From: Clostridia bacterium
GTDB taxonomy: Bacteria; Bacillota; Clostridia; Oscillospirales; CAG-382
Direction: 5' to 3'
Length of the DNA stretch: 52,044 bases
Assembly (NCBI GenBank): GCA_017560145.1
Contig: JAFYON010000095.1
Span: forward strand, 1 to 52,044
Below the pieces are notes generated by a model that made no database searches, was not told where the DNA came from, and saw only the letters and a list, made by a program, of their open reading frames with translations. Below, one piece after another: positions 46,307 to 52,044 of this stretch (position 1 is the stretch's first letter; the number at the start of each line of letters is the position of its first letter). A program made the translations under genes and the position numbers.

Positions 46307-47149
46307 ATGGAATTTGTTGAAGCATTAAATCAACATGCGCATATGCAAGGCTTTTCGAGTGGTAACGGTCATATGTTCTGGTCGTTTACCAATAGTCTTA
46401 TCAAAACCACGTTGGACAGCGTTGTTAGATGTCAGGTGCAGTTAAGAGGCGGACATTTGGGCGATATTGATTATCATAACGGTAAAATCTATGGTAGCTT
46501 TATGCTTGACGCTCTTCCCGGTCACGCTTGGGCAGATTGGTCGGGCTATAAGCTGATGGTGTTCGATGAATACGACCTAAGAACGCTTGACGTTATAAAT
46601 CTCGATATTTGCGATTACTATAAGAGCATCACCTGCACACCTGAAGACACTCGCGGATTCCAAGGCATCGACGGCGTTACGATTGCACCCGATCCCGTAA
46701 CGGGCGAGGATAAAATATTCATCGCTTGTGCATTGTTCACCGGCGAAAAGTATTCCAACCAAATCATCCTTCAGTTCGATATGACCGGTAAGTATGAAAC
46801 CGAATACCACATCCCGACGGGCAACACCGTATACGGTATCCAAAATCTCGACTACGATGCGGATAACAAAGAATTCTGGTTCACTACCTATGGCTCCTCG
46901 CAGCCCTATCAAGCAAAATACGTTCTTTATTGCGTATCGGGCGATTTCAAGGAGATCAGACGTACCTATAAGTTTTCTACTCCGTACGGTCTTGACTGTC
47001 TTGGCAAAGAAGGCTTTTACGCTTGCTATCAGTTCGCAAGAAACGGCAGACGTGGCGGCGTTGCATACCGTTGCGACGAGGCTTGGTTCGAAACTCCTAA
47101 ATCCAACGATGAGCTTAAAGAACTCATCTACGGCGACATCGAAGCATAA
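46307..47149 (+). CDS. Uncharacterised protein, paralogue B (280 aa)
   Basis: RBS TAGGAG. About 193 of 278 positions are identical to paralogue A by hand alignment. Confidence 0.7.
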   Translation: MEFVEALNQHAHMQGFSSGNGHMFWSFTNSLIKTTLDSVVRCQVQLRGGHLGDIDYHNGKIYGSFMLDALPGHAWADWSGYKLMVFDEYDLRTLDVINLDICDYYKSITCTPEDTRGFQGIDGVTIAPDPVTGEDKIFIACALFTGEKYSNQIILQFDMTGKYETEYHIPTGNTVYGIQNLDYDADNKEFWFTTYGSSQPYQAKYVLYCVSGDFKEIRRTYKFSTPYGLDCLGKEGFYACYQFARNGRRGGVAYRCDEAWFETPKSNDELKELIYGDIEA

Positions 47150-47156
47150 ACAAAAC

Positions 47157-47192
47157 AATAAAAACCCGTTGACTGATTCAACGGGTTTTTTG
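47157..47192. terminator. Bidirectional intrinsic terminator shared by paralogue B (+) and yfhO (-)
   Basis: 10-bp stem AACCCGTTGA (47163-47172) / TCAACGGGTT (47178-47187). It is flanked by an A-run upstream and a T-run downstream. Confidence 0.85.
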
Positions 47193-47199
47193 TTAATCG

Positions 47200-49980
47200 T
47201 TATTGCTGAGCTTCGTCTTCAGTATCGGCATCCGTACCGTCGGCCTCCTCAAAAGGCTCTTCGATAAGCTCCTCGGAACCGTCCGCAATATCCTCGGCGT
47301 CCTCGGCAATTTCGTCCGCAACCCTTGTTGTGACCTCGATCGCCTTTACCTCGATCTCGTCCTTTTTGACGTCTGTTGTGGGATAAGCACCCAAATCGTC
47401 ATAGTAATCAAACGAGAAGAACTTGTTCGTTGCCTTGTGTTTCTTTATAAGCTTGTGGTAAAGCATATAGATCACGTAAAGCGCCAATGCGATAAGCGAT
47501 ATCCAAACACCGCCGGGGAGTGTAAGCTCGATATCCGCAAAGCTCACGTCGGTAGAAACTACAAGACCGGGCGTGGTGTAATCGAATACGATTTCGTTTT
47601 CGCCTGCTTCGCATTCAACCGCAACGAAACCGTAGGTAACTCGCAAAACGTCCTTTTCCTTGCCGTTTACACTTGCGTGCCATCCGTTTTCCTCGTAAGG
47701 TACGCTGAAGTAAACTATTCTCGGTTGGTCAAGAGTAATGCTTGCTTTAAATCCATAGGAATCGTATTCAAAGCTGTCGCAGCACATTTCGCGTCTTGCA
47801 TCGACAGAAGCTTCAAACTTCGCCTCGGTCGCCGAAACAGCGGTTTCAATAGTAGCGCGATCCATAAACTGCGAATAATATGCAACCATATCGTCGGGCA
47901 CAACAAGATACTGGCAAAGCATCTTGTCGCGGTTGCTCTTGCTGTACTTCTTTTCAAAATCGCTCTGAGTCATGAATTCGGTATAAGCAAAGCCCATCGG
48001 GATATAGTTTTCGTTGACGTAAATATCGTATCCGTTTTGCGATTCGAGATACACGAATCCGTAAGCATCGTGCTCCTCATCGAATTTGCCGATCTTTTCG
48101 CCGTTGGCGTCGGTCTTGGTGCTGTATTGCTTCGAGGTTTCGATAAACGAATACTTTGTCGAGGTGAAGGCTCTCAATCCGTAAAGCTTGCTTTCCGCTC
48201 TCGAGCCGACGCTTCTCGTTACGCCGATAATGGGATAGAACTCCATGATCGAGGGCGGGACGACGGTGTGGAAGCATTCAATGGTAGGATAATTCCAATA
48301 AATTCCGAGATTGTCGATAGTAGAGGTGTTCGAATCTCTGTAAAAGTCGATACGGTAGAATTCCTCGTGCGGGTCGGGCAAATTCACCTCTCCCTCGATA
48401 CATTGATCTACCATAAAATTACTGTTGTGTGCATATTGCTTGCCGTTTGTAATATGAACGCATCCGTAAAGCACCGTCATACCGCAAACGCCGAAAAGCA
48501 ATGCACGCTCGAATACCTTTGTACCGCGGAATCTGCGGATGAAAAACGCCGTAAGGATAATGCCAAGGAACGCAATTCCGACGTAAAGCCAGAATCTGAA
48601 GCGGTAAGGGGGATAGCCGAGAAGCATATTATCGCTGCTGTTCTCGTGCCATATAAGACCCAAGGGAAGCGCGATAACCGTACAAGCAAAGGTCATTATC
48701 GCCGTCGGTATCTTCCAATTCGTGCGTGCGTCCTCCAAGCTGATTATCGTCGCAAGAGTAAGCATCATAATCATCATATAAAGCCATCTTGCATAATAAG
48801 ACGAGTTGAAGAGGAAAAACGAGCTGTTGAGTATCGGAACAAATGAGAAGGTGATAAGGGTGATGATAATACCCTTAAGCCACCAACGCCTTCTGACTGT
48901 AAACAGAGCAAACACGCCCGACATCGAGAACATGGGAAGATACATCGAAATAGATGCCCATCTCGTTTCGTGTCCGCTAAAGAAGTTAACGCGAGAGGGA
49001 ATATCGGGCGGGAAGAAATAGGATTCAAGTATCTGTCCGTAGCGCTGCCAATAAAACTCGCCGTCCTTACGCCAGTAAAGCAGTCGCTTCAAAGAATCCA
49101 TGCCTTTTTCGGTGTTGCCATCCCCGAAATATTCGAACATCTTGCTTAAGGTATCAAGATAAGAGCTCGAAATTCTGCTGTTGCCCATAAGCGCCGCGGC
49201 GGCAGGCAGGAACATAAACATCGACATCGCAAAGCCGAGCACCGCCTCGATAACGAGCGCGCCGAGCTTGCCGAGGGTGATCCTAAAGGATTTTGAGGAC
49301 ATTCTGAACAGGAAGTAAATAATGCAAAATACAACCTGACCTGCAAACATAAAATAGTTAACGACCGCGTTTATCGCAACCGCAACCGCAAAAACGCCCT
49401 TGCGATCGTTCTGCACAAGCTCCTCCATACCGATAAGGAGCAAGGGGAAGAATGCAACAACCTCGTGAAATTGGTTAAAGAAGGTGTTGTATATCTGGAA
49501 GCCCGAGAAGGAATAAAGCAAAGCGCCGATTACCGCATAGTTTTTGTTTTTAACAAATCTTTGCAGATAAGCATAGGCAATGACCGCGGCAACGATATAT
49601 TTGATAATATAAATCGGAGCCATAAGATAGGGCGCCCAGGTAGAGGGGAACAGACACATCAACCAGAAAAAGGGGCTGCCGAGCATATAATACGAATAGC
49701 TTCCGATAAAGTTCGAGCCCATATCGGTGACCCAGTCCCAGCCAAACGATCCGTCCTGCACCATTCTTACGCAGTTTTCGTAAAAGCATATCTGCTGTGC
49801 GTTATAGTCGCCGTAATACAAAAACACGGGCGAGCCGGTTTTTATCCATTCAACTATAACGAACGGAACGGTGATGCATACCGAAACTATAAACGACCAC
49901 CAAAGCACCTTTCGGTAAAAATACCACGGACTTTCACGGTCGAATTTGAATTTATTTCTAAGTGCATTCAATGCGCTCAT
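47200..49980 (-). CDS. YfhO-family polytopic membrane protein (glycosyltransferase-like)
   Basis: 926 aa. The N-terminal pattern is YGDYNAQQICFYE...GSFGWDW..DMGSNFIGSYSYYMLGSPFFW, with many TM spans. There is a large extracytoplasmic C-terminal domain, a final TM span and an acidic tail. RBS is GGAGAG. Confidence 0.75.
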   Translation of the reverse strand: MSALNALRNKFKFDRESPWYFYRKVLWWSFIVSVCITVPFVIVEWIKTGSPVFLYYGDYNAQQICFYENCVRMVQDGSFGWDWVTDMGSNFIGSYSYYMLGSPFFWLMCLFPSTWAPYLMAPIYIIKYIVAAVIAYAYLQRFVKNKNYAVIGALLYSFSGFQIYNTFFNQFHEVVAFFPLLLIGMEELVQNDRKGVFAVAVAINAVVNYFMFAGQVVFCIIYFLFRMSSKSFRITLGKLGALVIEAVLGFAMSMFMFLPAAAALMGNSRISSSYLDTLSKMFEYFGDGNTEKGMDSLKRLLYWRKDGEFYWQRYGQILESYFFPPDIPSRVNFFSGHETRWASISMYLPMFSMSGVFALFTVRRRWWLKGIIITLITFSFVPILNSSFFLFNSSYYARWLYMMIMMLTLATIISLEDARTNWKIPTAIMTFACTVIALPLGLIWHENSSDNMLLGYPPYRFRFWLYVGIAFLGIILTAFFIRRFRGTKVFERALLFGVCGMTVLYGCVHITNGKQYAHNSNFMVDQCIEGEVNLPDPHEEFYRIDFYRDSNTSTIDNLGIYWNYPTIECFHTVVPPSIMEFYPIIGVTRSVGSRAESKLYGLRAFTSTKYSFIETSKQYSTKTDANGEKIGKFDEEHDAYGFVYLESQNGYDIYVNENYIPMGFAYTEFMTQSDFEKKYSKSNRDKMLCQYLVVPDDMVAYYSQFMDRATIETAVSATEAKFEASVDARREMCCDSFEYDSYGFKASITLDQPRIVYFSVPYEENGWHASVNGKEKDVLRVTYGFVAVECEAGENEIVFDYTTPGLVVSTDVSFADIELTLPGGVWISLIALALYVIYMLYHKLIKKHKATNKFFSFDYYDDLGAYPTTDVKKDEIEVKAIEVTTRVADEIAEDAEDIADGSEELIEEPFEEADGTDADTEDEAQQ

Positions 49981-50079
49981 AAAATAACTCTCCGATCAAT
50001 TTTATACTCTATATTTTACAACTAATTCGCTCAAATGTCAATAAGCGATATGCCTTACAGACTGTTAATATTTTGTTTC

Positions 50080-50108
50080 TTGACTTGATGACGGACTAAT
50101 GCTATACT
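50080..50108 (+). promoter_or_regulatory. Sigma-A promoter with extended -10 for the DUF4127-like gene
   Basis: TTGACT (50080-50085), a 17-nt spacer ending in TGC, then TATACT (50103-50108). Confidence 0.6.
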
Positions 50109-50141
50109 TTAAAAAAACACAACGTTTGGAGGATAAAAGCC

Positions 50142-52044
50142 TTGAAGCGCTCACTGTCGTTAATACTCTGTCTTGTGCTCGTGCTTGCCATGATCCCGTC
50201 CTGTGTGGCGGCAGAGGACGTCACACCCAAAAAAGCCTATAATTACGTTATTTCCGACGGATTTGTTTATAACGTGACCGAAAAAACAACGAAAGAAGAT
50301 CTGCTTGCATCCGGAAGCGATTTTAAATCGGTCGATTCGGGCGGCGAATATGTAAAAACCGGCGATACCGTTACCGATAAAAGCGGGAATAAGCACACCG
50401 TAGTAATTTACGGCGACGTTTCCGTAAACGGAATAGTAGATAAATATGATTACATTGCTGTAAAACGCGCTTATATGAAAACCGTTACGCTTTCGGGCGC
50501 ATATCTCGAGGCAGCAAAGAAGGAAGATGTGGTTACTGTGTACGATTATATCGCAATTAAGCGTCACGTTATGAAAACGGCGGACATTTTCGCAACCCCT
50601 CACAAGGGAAACGGGGTTATAAACGTTGCCTATATCCCGCTCGATAACCGCCCCGTAAACAAGGACCGTGTCGAATATCTTGCGGCCTCCGCGGGTTTAA
50701 ATCTCCTTATCCCCGAGGAATCGCTTTACCGTACCGCGCTCGACAATATGACCCCCAACCCCGACGGCTCGACCATCGGCAACCGAAAGGCGTTGCTCGA
50801 TTGGCTCAAATCTGTCGAGAACGAGTGCGAATACTTCGTTATCTCTCTCGATCAGCTCATCTCGGGCGGACTTGTCGGCTCGCGTTACCTTTCAAACACC
50901 GACCTCACGTTTGAAACAGAGGTCGCAGATTATCTTATAAAGCTTGCCGAAAAGAAGCATATAATCCTTTTCGATACGGTAATGCGGCTTGCGTCCACCG
51001 TTGACTATCAGGGCTATAAGATGGAGGAATACAACGCGTTGAGAGCCTACGGCAAGGTTGCACGCAAGACCTTGAGCGGCAATCAGCTCACCGTTGAAAA
51101 CATTATCGCAGGATACCGTTATGATGCAAACGGACGTGAGATAAGCGTTTCGGTAAGCGCGCAAAAGCTTAACGATTATCTCGCATCGCGCGCCCGTAAG
51201 CTTAAGATCATCGATTATCTGCTTTCAAACGCGGTTGACGATATCGAAAGAATTTATATCGGTGTCGACGATTCCTCGCCCGAAACTACCATCCAGACAA
51301 ACGAAATTAATTATATAACCTCGCTCGGCGGCGATAACTTGACCCTATTTGCAGGTGCGGACGAGCTTGGATTAATGGGCATCGCCGCGGTCGCGACCGA
51401 CGTTTACGGCGAAGCCGAATGTAATGTTACCTATTTCGGAGAGGGCAAGGACTGGTCGGCAGATAGCTTCGATACCTCCACACTTTCCGACTGTATCGAA
51501 AAGCACTTCTCGTCGATCGGCGCAACGCTCGACAGCAGCGATAAAAACGCGCTTCAGGTGCTTGTGCTCACCCGTTCAAACAACACCGCCAAATATGCCG
51601 ACGAGCTTATGAAAAAGGCGGTCGACAACATAAGCAAGGGCATCCCGACCTGTATAATCGATGCCTCGAGCACCAACCGAGATCTGCCATATAAGGTGAT
51701 AGATTCGAATTACGATATTGCAAAGCTTCTCGGCTATTCAAACTGGAACACGGTGGCGAACGCAACCGGTATTTCACTTTCAAACGCCGTTGCAAGATAC
51801 GTTTATATCAAGAACGGAGCGGTCACCGAGGAGTCCAACAAGGCGTTCCTAAAGACCCTTACCTTCTCGCTTATCAAGGATATCTCCTATAAGTGCAAGG
51901 GTATCACGAATTTAAAGGATACCTCTCAATACGGCCCCGTGAAGATTCTTAACAAGATCAATTCCTCGGAAATTCTCGTCGGTATCGGCAAATATTCGTC
52001 CCACGGAGCGGTAAGCGTTTCCAATTTCCGTTATCCCTGGAACC
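50142..52044 (+). CDS. Secreted protein: signal peptide, dockerin-like module and DUF4127-like domain (3' end beyond the window)
   Basis: This ORF is missing from the ORF track because it has no stop. I read the frame from TTG at 50142 (GGAGGA 8 nt upstream) to the window end without a stop codon. The N-terminus is KRSLSLILCLVLVLAMIPSCVAAED. The EF-hand-like loop is GDVSVNGIVDKYDYIAVKRAYM. VAYIPLDNRPVN is the start of DUF4127 as I recall it. Confidence 0.7.
   Translation, partial: MKRSLSLILCLVLVLAMIPSCVAAEDVTPKKAYNYVISDGFVYNVTEKTTKEDLLASGSDFKSVDSGGEYVKTGDTVTDKSGNKHTVVIYGDVSVNGIVDKYDYIAVKRAYMKTVTLSGAYLEAAKKEDVVTVYDYIAIKRHVMKTADIFATPHKGNGVINVAYIPLDNRPVNKDRVEYLAASAGLNLLIPEESLYRTALDNMTPNPDGSTIGNRKALLDWLKSVENECEYFVISLDQLISGGLVGSRYLSNTDLTFETEVADYLIKLAEKKHIILFDTVMRLASTVDYQGYKMEEYNALRAYGKVARKTLSGNQLTVENIIAGYRYDANGREISVSVSAQKLNDYLASRARKLKIIDYLLSNAVDDIERIYIGVDDSSPETTIQTNEINYITSLGGDNLTLFAGADELGLMGIAAVATDVYGEAECNVTYFGEGKDWSADSFDTSTLSDCIEKHFSSIGATLDSSDKNALQVLVLTRSNNTAKYADELMKKAVDNISKGIPTCIIDASSTNRDLPYKVIDSNYDIAKLLGYSNWNTVANATGISLSNAVARYVYIKNGAVTEESNKAFLKTLTFSLIKDISYKCKGITNLKDTSQYGPVKILNKINSSEILVGIGKYSSHGAVSVSNFRYPWN

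Noticed and set aside
50160-51164. Minus-strand ORFs 50160..50603 and 50892..51164, the only track entries in this region.
   Set aside because: The plus-strand frame from 50142 is open to the end of the window. It has an RBS, a signal peptide and recognisable motifs. The minus-strand ORFs are shadows of it.
1-52044. A search for CRISPR arrays, tRNA/rRNA genes, IS elements, prophage genes, toxin-antitoxin pairs or known defence systems.
   Set aside because: No intergenic region exceeds about 200 nt and none contains spaced direct repeats or cloverleaf-like structure. No ORF shows transposase, integrase, recombinase, reverse transcriptase, nuclease-NTPase defence or phage structural motifs. 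AddAB, UvrABC and the Y-family polymerase are ordinary repair genes.

Overview
This 52 kb window looks like chromosomal DNA from a spore-forming Firmicute of class Clostridia. That assignment is an inference from PolC, AddAB, SpoIIR, a BirA/BioY pair and a dockerin-like module. I had no search tools, so every family assignment comes from motifs read in the translated ORFs.

The window is densely coding and mostly housekeeping:
- Two tandem solute-binding lipoprotein paralogues (minus strand) and dapA-dapB.
- An oxidative TCA-branch operon: citrate synthase, aconitase and icd.
- A stand-alone processive GT2 synthase.
- A roughly 32 kb co-directional plus-strand block. It holds a LexA-boxed Y-family polymerase, uvrB, uvrA, a radical-SAM pair and a lipoprotein. 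It continues with pyrH-frr-uppS-cdsA-dxr-rseP-ispG-polC, a PHP phosphatase, an Lrp regulator, an aminotransferase and ispE. It ends with spoIIR, addB, addA, a small HIRAN-like ORF and bioY.
- Convergent birA, a four-gene islet of unknowns (43.4-47.2 kb), a YfhO-family membrane protein, and a secreted DUF4127-like protein that runs off the right edge.

I found no rRNA, tRNA, CRISPR array, transposase, integrase or recognisable defence system. I saw nothing I can confidently call a new system.

The best candidates for undescribed biology are:
- The insulated islet at 43.4-47.2 kb. It contains a cysteine-rich protein behind a sigma-K-like promoter and a tandem pair of about 70%-identical proteins of unknown family.
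- The small ORF translationally coupled to addA.
- The dockerin-like DUF4127 protein.

Several ORF-track starts were moved downstream where a promoter or a Shine-Dalgarno sequence made the longer ORF implausible.
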